Made by a program: the position numbers and the translations under genes
The notes under the pieces: model-generated
The model's input: the letters and a program-made list of their open reading frames with translations, nothing else
Told to the model about the DNA's origin: nothing
Database searches by the model: none
NCBI RefSeq assembly: GCF_008831285.2
Contig: NC_045138.2
Location: forward strand, 40,982,001-41,046,000
DNA from: Nymphaea colorata
Taxonomy: Eukaryota
Direction: 5' to 3'
Length of the DNA stretch: 64,000 nt
In this document: in pieces, positions 28,638-40,413 of the stretch
Layout: every line of letters starts with the position of its first letter
How positions within the stretch are numbered: position 1 is the stretch's first letter

Positions 28638-28678
28638 GTTGCAGCGATCGATCACACATTCACACGCACGCTTTAACA

Positions 28679-28710
28679 ATGGATCAATCCTCGAACCAGG
28701 CAGACAATGG

Positions 28711-28762
<52 letters not shown>

Positions 28763-29148
28763 TGTGCGTGTATATGTGTGCAGCCAAATTACATTTGTGT
28801 TAGCCCTCGTCGACCTTTCAACGTTGCTTCTTCCTTATTCCTCCTGCTTAGTGACTTTGTCTTCCACAGGAGCCAATTCAAGAGGAGACTCGGGAAGAGG
28901 CTTGCCTCCATCGGATCAGAAGGCGAAAACCAGTAAGAACTAAGGATTTTGATAAGCCTTTGATCTGTGCCAGCAGTGTGCCAACTACGCACGCTAGAAT
29001 TCTGTTTTCATATTTCAGCAGCCTCAACAGAACCCCTCTCACCCTCTTTTGTTCTTTTGCTTCTTCCTTGTTTCTACCTTGCCTTCCGTAGGTGACATTA
29101 ATTCAGGAGGAGACTCCAGCCAGGTGCGGGATGAAAGAGCAAAAACCA
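28679..29148 (+). CDS. Alternative 5' coding module A of the uncharacterised gene at 33083-34102 (exons 28679-28709, 28870-28932, 29092-29148)
   Basis: ATG ~45 nt after TATATAAA. Donors G|GTGCGC, A|GTAAGA and A|GTAAGA; acceptors TTCCACAG and TTCCGTAG. The exons are 31, 63 and 57 nt and open: MDQSSNQADN-GANSRGDSGRGLPPSDQKAKT-SDINSGGDSSQVRDERAKT. Confidence 0.62.
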
Positions 29149-29842
29149 GTAAGAATCAGGGCTGTCGACAAGCCTTTGATAAAGATTCTAAAGCCTGTTT
29201 TCATACGATCATCAGCCCCAATAAGGAGGCAGATTCTACTTTCTGCTCATTTGTCTCATGCTACTACTCTCTATTAGACCATATCCTACATGCATGAATT
29301 GATAAAATGGTAGATCAAATTTTTGCTACTGCATGAATCTAAGCCTCCGTTATGTGCATGCAGTGTCAATAGAAATAGTCGGTGCCTGAACCTTCTTTCT
29401 TTTGGTGATGTAAGAACAATGAGTTCAGATATTCTTTTGTCTAGATTGCCTAAATAAACAACAAAATCAGAAACAGTAGCAACGGCAGAACTTTCTATTT
29501 TTTGTGAAGAAATAAACGAGAACAGAGGTTAAATAAAATGAGAAATGGGCTAACTCCAATTCTGGTTGATGCTTCTAGATTCAGTACTGTAAGATCTCTT
29601 AAAAAAAAACTTAGAAATTAAAATTGACAACCGACTTTTCACCGATCGGCCTGGCCAGCAACGCTAAACAAATAACAGGAACAAGGCAAGGTAATTAAAT
29701 TCCATGCGTAGGCACCTAAGACTGGTATAAAGGTTGCTTGCAATGGCTGCAAATCCTTCAATATTCCCTTACTCTCCATGTCAAAATTTATGTAGCACCC
29801 TTCCCCCACTTCATGCAATGAAGGAATCTACAGCCAACACCG

Positions 29843-29852
29843 TATATATATA
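29843..29852 (+). promoter_or_regulatory. TATA box of start module B
   Basis: TATATATATA ~45 nt upstream of ATG 29894; homologous to 28630. Confidence 0.55.
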
Positions 29853-29893
29853 GTAGCAGCGATCGATCATACATTCCCACGTACGCATCAACA

Positions 29894-32800
29894 ATGGATC
29901 GATCCTTGAACCAGTCAGATATTGGTGCTCTCCTTCTCTCTCTCTCTTTCGTTTGTGTGTGTATGTGTGTGTAGCCAAATTACATACTCCTTGCGTTTGT
30001 GAGACACCTTCTAAATGCCCTCATTGATCTTTCTCTTTTGCTTCTTCCTTATTTCTGCTTACTGACTGTCTTCCACAGGTGCCAATTCAGGAGGAGACTC
30101 CAAAAAAGGCTCGCCTCCGTCAGTGGTATCAGAGACTCCATCGGATCAGAAGGCAAAAACCAGTAAGAACTAAGGATTTTGATAAGCCCTTGATCTCTCC
30201 CGATAGTGTGCCAACTACGCACTCTGACAGAATCTGTTTTCATATTTCAGCAGCCTCAACAAAAGCCCCTCTCACCCTTTTTTTTTATCCTGATCTTTCT
30301 TCTTTACTTCTTCCTTGTTCCTGCCTTGTCTTCCATAGGTGACAACCCAGGAGGAGACTCCAGCAAGGCGCCGGTTGAAAGAGCGAAAACCAGTAAGAAT
30401 TTAGGCTGTCGATAAGCCTTTGATCTAAAGCCTGTTTTCATATATCATCAGCCCCAAAAAGGAGGCAGATTCTCCTCTCTGCTCTTTCGTCTCATGCTAG
30501 TACTATGTTAAGACAATATCCTACAAGCATGAATTGATAAAATGGTAGATCAAACTTTTGCTAGTGCATGAATCTAAGCCTCCACTACGTGCATCCAGTG
30601 TTGATAGAAATAGACGGTGCCTGAACCTTTTTTTTTTTTTGCTACTGAAGAATAATGCGTTCCAGATTTTTTTTGTAGATTGCTTAAATAAACAACAAAA
30701 TCAGAAACGGTGGCAATAGCAGAACTTTTCTCTTTTTTGTGAAGAAATAAACAAGAACAGAGGTTAAAATGAAATGAGAAATGGGACAACTCCAATACTG
30801 CTTGGGTGCTTCTAGATTCAGTACTGCATGATTTCTTAAAAAAAAAAGGATTATTTTTCATTTCTGGATGCATAGAATCCCTTTGGCTCTTACTCTAAAA
30901 GGTGACCATGAGTTTGTATTAGAAAAAACCAGTTCCAACCTTAAGCGGAAAACTCATTGAAGATGAAAAAGAAACTCATGAAAAGTACTTGAAGAACGAC
31001 TTAATGTTTTATGACTCTCATAATGGTTTATATGGATAATAATGTATTTCGGGTATTTAATGAAGACGAGACTACTGAAGCAACGTAAGAGGCCTCTTCA
31101 AAATATCGCACTACATCTTAGACTCGTATCTAACTATCAATAGAACACTATAATTCATAACAAATGGAGGAGACTGATAATGTAATGGAAGGCTGTGCAT
31201 ATGAAGAAACTTGATTTAGCAGAACACTAATTTAGATGGGGAAAAATTCCTCTTGTGATGTTTTGAAAATTGAGTCGTATAGACTCGATGTTGGTAGCAT
31301 AAGTGTCTTTTTGAGTGATGTTCTCTCCGTTTCTTCAATGAGAAAGAACTTGATCTCTGTTCTTCCCTTGGTTGGTAAAAGCTTTGAATCACTCTGTTTT
31401 AAATATATGAAAGAAAAGGGAAAATTCTCTAAGTGGATATTGGAAAAAGAGCATAAAGTATTCAAGCTATATGAGAGAAGTAATAATACCCTGATTTGGT
31501 CGTATAAATTGACTGTGCCTCAATTATGGACGTTAATTACATGCATAAGACACCTACACATTTATAAACATAAAGAGAATGAAGAATATGAAACTTTAAT
31601 GCAACTCACCCTGAAGAATGTGAGTCTTATTTTATGGAAAGATGGCAAGGAACCCATCAAATGTGATTCATGCCACTGATTTGTTAGAAATCATTCACAC
31701 AAATATTTATGGGTTGTTAGAAGTCCAAAGTCATGGTGGCATATTGTAGTCTAGAACTTTTGTTGATCAATTATCAATGTTTTGCTATTTTGTTTGATCC
31801 AACATAAACTTAAGGCTTCTTTAAGGTTAATTAAAGAATAGAAAAATAAACTTGAAAGACAACTTGGACAACATGTTAAAACAGTGGATTGGATCAAGGA
31901 TATAAATGTAGCTCGATGAATTCTCTACATTATGTTGTGAACACTGGACCCTCTTAAACATGGTGAGATCCAGTATTAATAGAACTATCCAAATTCTTTT
32001 GGGAAGAAGTTGTACATATGTACAATGGATGTATGGTTTGAATGGATTGCCCTACAAAATAGTCCAAACTATTCTTTAACCCATCTAAAGATCTGTAGTC
32101 CATCTAAAGATCTTAGATCCAAAACTTATTGGATAATAAATATGGGAGATATCCTCATTAGCAATTCAATGAAAGATTGAGACCGCCCCTTCCCCACCAC
32201 GAGGTCCAGGGCTACTTAAGGATCTGATGTCTAAAAGAATCTAAAGGCTACATATTATATCTTCAAGCTAAGAAACTTATTGAGAGCACAGATATAGTTC
32301 CTAAAAGGGAAAAAAAAAACTTAACAGTGAATCAACAGATTCAATTGAAGATCATTTGACTTACTAGATGACCTTTATGACCATGATGAACACTTAGTTA
32401 ATCAACTGAGTATACATAGTAGTTTGGCAATGAAAACTGGTGATGATCTTTCCATAACTGGATAAACTCTAAACGGTCAAAAAAGGTCAAAAGTCTCTAT
32501 AATATTTAAAAGATTAGCATATGCATTCAATGGAGGGGACGAGTCACTTTGTTGGCCTTAAAAAAATGAACGATTTGACATGTATTGAAATCATTAACTC
32601 AAATAATAAATGTGATGAATGAAGAGGTAGAGTCAATAGAAAGAACTTGGGAATTGTCTGAAAGAAAGAAAACCTACTGGTTGTAAGCAGGTAAAGAAGA
32701 AATTTCAAGTAAGATGGTTCCATGAACACACACAAAAAAAAAAAAGTGAGACTAGTGGCGAAGAGTTGAGCTCAGAAAATGAAATATATTATTCATAAAT

Positions 32801-34102
32801 TTATTGGTGGTAAATATATATTCTTGGAACACCATTCCGGGAACAACCATTTCCGTGACGCCTGTTCCTGGTGCACTCTCAGCGTTCCAGCGAAGACAAT
32901 CGAACGTGCAGTAGCGTCTGTAGGATACTTTTAGCCCAATTCCCTGTGATGGTCAGGTTCTAATCCGGTTTTTTTCCCTTCTCCTTCAATTGAAAATCTC
33001 TGAGATCGAACGGACGCATACTCAAGTTTATATGAAAGTTTTTAAAGTATAGTTTTTTTATTCTCGCATTGGCAATTCATAGTGAAAAGGAATGGGGACA
33101 AGACAAATGATGAACTGATGAAGGAGATAGAGAATATGGTGCTGTTCAAGGAACTGATCTCAAAACCCGTCGACTTTGTTGATTTCTACGATGGCCTCTC
33201 CCGCATCTTCGAGTAAAACTCTCGTCTCATGTTCTTTTGCATTTGTAGATGCCTTAGATGATGCCCATGACCAACTTTCTTAACGCAAAGTTGAACATGA
33301 ATATTGTGCTTTTCTTTCTTGGGCCTTTCTACAAATTTAATTTAATATATGACCAACTTTTGATCATTTCTCAAATGGAGAACGGCAGAACTGCAGCTAC
33401 TAGGCCTATCTGTTTATATCGTTCCTGGTCCTGCTTTACTTTGATTATTATGTGAATAAAAAGATCAACAATAGGTTTTTGTTAAAAGTTACCATTTTCC
33501 TTCCGCAAGTCCATTACGTGAAACTTTGCAATCTCCGGCCGCCCGATTTGATGATACTTTTCCTTGAGAAAATGTTTTTCCTTCTTTTGTTTAGAAAGCC
33601 CAAAGCCATACCGAGAGCTGGTCGAAATTAAATCGTTGCATAACATGTTTTAAGAAGAATTGTAACCGTTCACTCCCGTTCAATGTCACTAGAAAACTGA
33701 GTGTCAAAAGAGGTGGCTCACACATCAGTTTGCCGGAGAAGGAATGGATCAAGAAAAAGTTTGAGGTCTCAAGATTGAACTCTTTCTTCTAGACTTAAAC
33801 TTTCCAACACAGTGCAACCAAATGAAAAATAAAGGAATTTTTTGATTTTATTGCAGGACTGTGCAGGGGACAGGCACTACCTGAGCAAAGAAGAGTTTAG
33901 GAAATTCCTCGAGGAGATATTGAAAAGCGGCGTAGGATTAAGGAATTACGAGATGGCCATGTATCTAGCAGCAGTTCCCGTTCTTTCTGTCATCATCAAG
34001 CCCTTCATTCCCGGCACCATCTCTGAGATCCCTAATAGTTTCTTCATTCCTGTGGTAACTTCAGCTACTGCATTCATTTTAGCGCACATGAGGAAAATAT
34101 AG
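29894..34102 (+). CDS. Uncharacterised plant protein (~205 aa) with low-complexity N-terminal repeats, a degenerate EF-hand-like helix and a hydrophobic C-terminus (module B plus constant exons)
   Basis: Exons 29894-29924, 30079-30162, 30339-30392, 33083-33212, 33693-33765 and 33857-34102 total 618 nt, open, all GT-AG, phases 1,1,1,2,0. Constant part: MKRNGDK...DFVDFYDGLSRIFEKLSVKRGGSHISLPEKEWIKKKFEDCAGDRHYLSKEEFRKFLEEIL...MYLAAVPVLSVIIKPFIPG...IPNSFFIPVVTSATAFILAHMRKI. This resembles a small uncharacterised plant family (recalled, not searched). Confidence 0.75.
30880..32780 (+). mobile_element. Decayed Ty1/Copia LTR-retrotransposon internal remnant (gag, pol and RT fragments) within an intron
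   Basis: Stop- and frameshift-ridden fragments occur in Copia order: gag-like (~30910-31190, EDEKETHEKYLKND..MDNNVFRVFNE), LSDVLSVSSMRKNLISV (~31310-31360), integrase-like DLLEIIHTNIYG (~31680) and RT-like DGS..KVRLVAK (~32715-32765). No LTRs were recognised. Confidence 0.75.
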
Positions 34103-34434
34103 CGCAGTTCCACAAGGACCACAACTATCCGTGTTTCCCAGGAAATTTATGACATCCTCATTGCTGGGATCATCTCTATCGCTAATATGATTTATATTCT
34201 TAGCGGATTATTTGGGATAGAGTGCTTATGTGTATGACTATATGAGGACATTCAAATCCAACAAAATGAATAAACATATTTCGGCAAGAGACATTACTGG
34301 CGTAGATGTAAAAGTAAAAGCACGCATCTTTGGCGAGTAAACAAAAAGACTTAAACGTCCTCGGTTGACAAGAGGAGGGAGCAAAGGTAATAGGCTATAT
34401 TTTGAATGAGCTTGAATAAAATAGTGCTTGAACA

Positions 34435-34483
<49 letters not shown>

Positions 34484-34715
34484 GAATTGTAACTCTGGCT
34501 ATCCAGAATTACCGAACCATATAACTAAAGTCGTCTATATGGATAATTGAAAAAAACACATACAGAAAAATATGAAAATTAATACTAAATAACAAAAATG
34601 CCCATCTTTTTTTTTCCCTAACCGTCCATGGATTGAACAACCCTGGTACGTGACTCTAAAAAGTTCTAAAAAGTTAAGAGTGACCATTCATATATATATA
34701 TATATATATATATAT

Positions 34716-34751
<36 letters not shown>

Positions 34752-35131
34752 CTGGGTACCAAAGTAACCAAAGTTGAAAGACCCAGAAAATTTTTCAATA
34801 AAATGTCGATGCTCATTAGCACATGAAAAAGTTCTCAGCCTCAATGTTTCTCTGGATGCCCCTCGAGTTGACACAAATAAACTGCCAAAAATCTACAAAT
34901 TGTTGGAATTCGTCAATTATAAGACTCAAATAGATAGAAATTTGGGATCTGGTTTTCCATTTAAGGCACAACATACACAACGCAATAAGCAATCTCAGAA
35001 ACTCCATTTTGCGTTAATGATGATGGAAGCATTAAAAGGTGACTGTCACGGACCTAGAAACCTTCAAAGGGGTAGGTCATTCGCACTTCATGTCTACATA
35101 GGTTGCATAATACCCCCCTAACATACCTTCC

Positions 35132-35802
35132 CCAGCATACATAAGCCAATTCCAAAACCAGGACCTCCAAAAGAAGGACACAAAGTATTTGCAGCTCGAG
35201 AGTGAGATGCAACAACATATGAGTTATGCCTAGAGAAGCCAAGAAGCACGGTGCACCAGTTTCTAGATGAGGTTGACTCTGGATTTAACCACCAAACCTG
35301 CTCATCCTTTCAGCACCACCCTCATCGAACATTGTGTCTGATATAGATCCACATTATATTTCGACAAACACCATGTCTCCCTTATACACCAAAAAAAAAG
35401 CAAGAGCTTCATAAGGATGTCAAAAGTACTTGACCAATAAAAAAGGAAATCACCCACAAATCTATGGTGGAAGGCATAGTTAGGTCACATGTTGTTTACG
35501 TAGATATCATATAGCACCTTTTCATAAACCTTGCTCAGCATAAACCAATTCTGAGACCAGGAATGACCTCAGACAGTGGGTACAAGATTCCGTAGCTCAA
35601 CAGAAAAGAAGCAATAACTTATTCCTATAGAGGCCCTGATACATGGTCCAGCTACACTGCCGTGACTTCGTAGTGAAACTTGAACCAATGCAGCAACCAG
35701 TTTCTAGGTAAGATTGACTCTCGATTTGACTTAAACAGCACACCTGCTCCCTATTTCAACATCAGCCTCAAAGAGTATTGTGTCTAGCAGGTATATCCAC
35801 AT
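35132..35802. repeat. Diverged direct repeat (~225 and ~265 bp; ~35132-35354 and ~35537-35802) downstream of the TFIIB stop
   Basis: Shared colinear blocks CAGCATA..CCAATT..ACCAGGA, ACCAGTTTCTAG..TTGACTCT.GATTT, ACCTGCTC, ATTGTGTCT and ATCCACAT. Confidence 0.75.
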
Positions 35803-36236
35803 CTTGTATGTATCTCCACAACCACCAAACATACCATAAGCTAACAGCAGGAGATATAGCTTAGCTAACAATTCGATAAGGAAATCAAGGATCGATCTCT
35901 TGAAGAACAAAGAACCATTTACCATCTGCAAGCAAAATTTTCGCAGCAAAGACTGAATGTAAGGAAGGAATGCAATTCATTTGCAAGACATCATTCTATG
36001 TCACTATGAAATGAACAATGTCTTCACAATATTCATATTCTCAACTATATTTTGCTCACATGGGAAGAACTGGAAAGTTGCCAGAATACCATCTTCCCAA
36101 TCCAACAGCATGTCAATGTTGTCCACAGAAAAAAATGTCAAAAATAGATAACAAAAGGGGTCATTAATTTCATTGCTCCATTAAGCAACCATGGCAATTA
36201 CCCGAAATTAGTACCTTCATGATTGCAATAAATCTA

Positions 36237-39200
36237 TCAGGGACTGCATAGATTCTTGAGATCTTCATCTTTTGCAAACCAATCAGGTATCAACTTAGCA
36301 GCATGAGGGTAGAGGTCTTTGTACGAGTTCCTAATTGTGCCTTCTGCAACCCCAGTAGCTAGTGATATATCTAAATTCAATGAATGCAGACAATAAGATT
36401 AGCTTGAATGGAAAGAAAAAGGGTAAAAGTACAAAATTTCAAGCTGTTAAAACCTCTCAGAGGTTTCTTGTCATCTGATAGCTGTGATATCATGTAAATG
36501 ACAGCTGCTGCAATTGATATGGGACTCCTCCTGCAAATGGATACAGTTCAGAATATCGAATGTTGTAAGGTAATGGCAGAATAGATAACAGTAAGAAGAG
36601 AACTCCACAGGGTTAATAATACCCAGAACTTTAAAATGGAGACCTAGCAGCAACCCCACCAAAGCACACATGGTCAAGATGCAGCAACAAGAACAGAGAC
36701 AAGGTATATTGACCCTTCAATTGATTTATCCATCCAGTCACATCTGACTGGAAAACATACCTATAAGTAGATTTCATCATTTCAGACATTCTCAAACCAA
36801 TCAATAGCCCAAGGATGTGCCTCAAGCAGGCATAGTGGCCTGATTTTTCCTGTGTTATAGTATAACATAATTTGTCATTACTGACAACACTTCTCCTGAT
36901 AAAAAAAAAACCAACAAAAAGAAGGCTTGTTGCGACTTCCCAACAAATTCATGGGTAAGAAAGTCTTATTCATTTTTTCTACAATTGATGATTCATATGA
37001 ATATGAATTCTAAAACCAAGATAATCATTGCAAGTGTCTTGTAAGCTGATAATAATAATCGAACGTGTATTGTAAGCTGATAAATCAAAATACCAATGTT
37101 CCATACATAAATTCAGCCTCATAAGAGTGCATCAAGTGAGACCATCCGGTGATAGATTACCTGATATCAAGCTCCTCAGATCGTGCAACAGCTTCAGTAG
37201 CAGCTTTGACTGCCTGATTGTTCATGCCAAGATGAGAGCAGAACCGCCTCTATGATTACAAATTTTTTCCAAATTAGAAGAGTGTTCCCAAGGTTACAAA
37301 AGGGACAAGGAAATTTTTCTATTTTTCAGAGGAAAGCATGTACGCCTGCAACAAGAAGACTTACCAGAAAATCCCCCGCATGTATTGTTCCCATCTCCAT
37401 AGATTTTCCTAATTCCTCCTCGAGAAGTTTCACAATGAACTCCTTAGCACGGCCAATTTCTTTCTTCGAAGCACCATTAGCAACAGAACATATTTCTGCA
37501 AATTGATAATCACAAGATTTATGAAATAAGATTTTGTAAAACTCCTCTCTCTATCTCTCTCTCTCTGAAGAAACAGTTAACCCAAAAATATTTGTTGGAT
37601 GAAATCCTCAACCCTACCTTTTACAGTCCTTGGCTTATCTTCTTGCCGGCAGGCAATATACAGGCAAGCAGCCAAAATAGCATCCTGGTTCCTTCCTCTA
37701 ATAGATTTTGAATCTTCCACCTTTTTGTAGATCTCATTGGCTCGATCCTTCAAAAAAAATTTAAAACTCTATAAGTATATACATGGTAATCTTTGATCAG
37801 TGAACCGGGCCATAGTACCACCTAAAGTTCCACAAGATGATTTAAGTGTGCCTTGGAACTATAAGTGAAAAAATGTGAGAATGTAATGAAAGTCATTGTT
37901 TAATGCTTTTTACTGACCACAATTTAATGCTTTAGCTGTTTCTGAGAAAGAGTATGGGAGTTAAAAATGTAAATGGAGTAGATACTGTTCATTTTCAACC
38001 ACTTCTTGAAAAAGATGTTGTTGATAATCATAATCCACCCTCCTCTCTCCACTCTCATCTCTATTCTCTACCCAATATCATTCTTATCTTCAGTTTAACT
38101 GCAACTCTCAAGCAGAACCTTGATAACATTACCTGGAAGTTTGCCCTCATCATTCTTGAGTCATGACAAACATCCGTTACCAAATGAGTATAAACAGCAG
38201 ACTGCGATTCATTCTTACAATATTTACTAGAACATAGAAACAAAGAAAAGACCTCATGCATAGAGTCATATACATACATATAAACATATACCAACAGGAA
38301 AATTATAACAAAGTCAACAGATTGTTTCATAATTCGAGCATAATTTACCGTAACTTGACCATAGCAAAAGAGAATATGTCACCCTACAGGCATATTTTCT
38401 CTCAATGAAGAAGATCGTAAATTTGAAGAATGCACCACACTGCAGAGGGAAAGTAGTAAATACCTTGATGGTTGCAACAAGACCAAGCCTGAAAAGACAA
38501 AATAAAACTTTCATTAGGAATTACATCATTTTAGAGAAACTACAGACTAAAATGATGAGGGAAAAATGCCCAAGCAATAGCCAAAAGCACCCCTGTATAA
38601 CATAATGAACAGTAAAGACACAAAGTAGCATGTTTCACTCAATGCCTAGTCCTTTTTCACAATAGACTTGTGCCCCCATTGTTTTAGCAAAGGAAAATGC
38701 CCAAGCAACAGCCATAACATGTCAATGTCATAAGAGTAGATGATGAACCAAATAACATGGTTAACATGAATAGATTTACCAAAGGCCAATGGAAGAGCCA
38801 GGCAAGCTTGGCATTTACCTAGGACAGAAAATATTTCAAGAAGAATATTCACATGGAAAAGACGATCATAAGAATTGGATTTGGGATGAACACTGCCTCA
38901 GTGAATTGGTCCAAAGTGGGCAGCCCACATATTGGACCCAGGAAGTCTACCGATCGCTTGCAGGTCAGGGTGGCAGATGCCTGCTAGAATGTATTCTGTC
39001 CCTCTCTAAAACATGATACCAAATAGAGGAATTCATATTGGAACAAGGTCTAAAACACAATTTAGCATTGAACCTAAATGGTTTGGGCAATGAGTGACAG
39101 TAGAAATAGGGTGCCAGTTAAATGGCCAGTGTCAAACTTAACTTTTGCCTAAGGACAGGAAGTGGGATATTTGAGAAATAATTCGGATGACACCCATTTC

Positions 39201-40413
39201 CTCGAGAACGTAGCGGAAAGAGCCTTATTGATTGTAAGATAGAATAACGCCCTTAGGTATTTGCTCTTCAACTTATACATCTCATGTGTATGTCAACACA
39301 ACTTAACAGGTTTTTCCAACTTTAACAGCGTGCTGGTTTCTTGGTTCTATAAAATGAACCTAGATATTCAACTATTTGGTGTCTTACTCTTCTATTCACA
39401 GCCTAAAGAAGCAAATTCTCGTTATCTTCGATCTATCAAACCCTTTCAATTATGTGGTTCCATTTGGTTCTCCCAATTTGCCTCACGCGAAAATCAAATC
39501 CAGATAACTTCTCTCCAACCAAGCAAATAACCATGTAGAAAGAAACCCTCGAAATAATGGGGCTAATGAAAAAACAAAAGGATATTCGGATGAGAGAAGA
39601 AGCCTGCAGTACGTGTCAATAATAAACAGCAGCTAGCCCATATCTACGCCTACTAGAAAAGCAAGAGTCACATATGTGAAGCCAAAAAAGAAGAAATGTC
39701 CAAGAAACAGAAAATGAAGATTCACAGAATTAGGAAATCTTCAGTCTCAAGGATTGCTGTTTCCTTATGTGCTCAACAGGGACAAATTCAATGTCGAAAC
39801 GTATAAAACACCTCCACTTTTTACTCAAATCTTTGATCCAATCCCTTGATTTCATGTTCATCAACAATTCCAACACCAAAACCACAAAATTGCAAACTGC
39901 AAGAAGAAGCATATGCCCGAATCGATTCACCAAGTACACGATGAAAAGCAACACCAGAAGCATAACTCAAAGAGGAATTCAAACAAAGAAGAGAGAAAAA
40001 GGAATCACGAAATTCAGAAAAAGAGCAAACGACGGAGGAAAACAGGAAGAGGCGGGGAACCTGTCGGACATGGTGGCGATGGTGCGGAAGGCAACGATGA
40101 GGGATCTGTCGGGATTGGAGCCGCGGTTCTGCCACCGGCCGAGGGAGGAGGACAAGAAATCGGACTGGACGCCGTTGGGCTTGGAGATGACGGTGGATAG
40201 GCCGCCGTCCGTGAGGAGAGGGTTGGTGGGGCCGCCGACACGGACGGGGTCGTTGTCGCCGGACTCGTTAGCGAAGGTTCGCCACTCCGACGTCTCGTCG
40301 ATGCAGTGCGCCTCCAGCACGAGGCCGCATTCCGAGCACACCGTATCTCCCGCCGAATGGTCGAACACCACCTCCGTATGCTTCTTGCAGTCCCGGCAGT
40401 ACGGCTCCGCCAT
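36237..40413 (-). CDS. TFIIB: General transcription initiation factor IIB, 312 aa, 7 exons
   Basis: Exons 40413-40061, 38488-38464, 37747-37618, 37495-37365, 37249-37161, 36530-36454 and 36370-36237 total 939 nt. Zn ribbon CRDC..CSEC, B-reader [18 protein letters not shown], cyclin-fold repeats ([51 protein letters not shown]). Confidence 0.96.

Larger units (their letters stand above)
28473..30847 (+). repeat. Tandem segmental duplication: copy A ~28473-29609, copy B ~29689-30847; each carries a promoter, start exon and two micro-exons
   Basis: Colinear similarity from AAGACTGGTATAAAGGTTGCTTG (~28503 / ~29718) to TTCTAGATTCAGTACTG..CTTAAAAAAAAA (~29609 / ~30847). Confidence 0.95.

Noticed and set aside
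28473..30847. The two 1.1-kb direct repeats as LTRs of a retrotransposon or as a CRISPR-like array
   Set aside because: They are adjacent rather than flanking the Copia remnant, lack TG..CA termini and a TSD, and contain intact splice-site-bounded exons. There is no repeat-spacer periodicity.
31236..31679. 147-aa ORF as a host gene
   Set aside because: It is part of the decayed Copia pol region.
39979..40060. Hydrophobic tail on the 144-aa TFIIB exon-1 ORF (and the similar tail on the 412-aa NPC ORF)
   Set aside because: Read-through into T-rich introns past good donors; no evidence for retained-intron isoforms from sequence alone.
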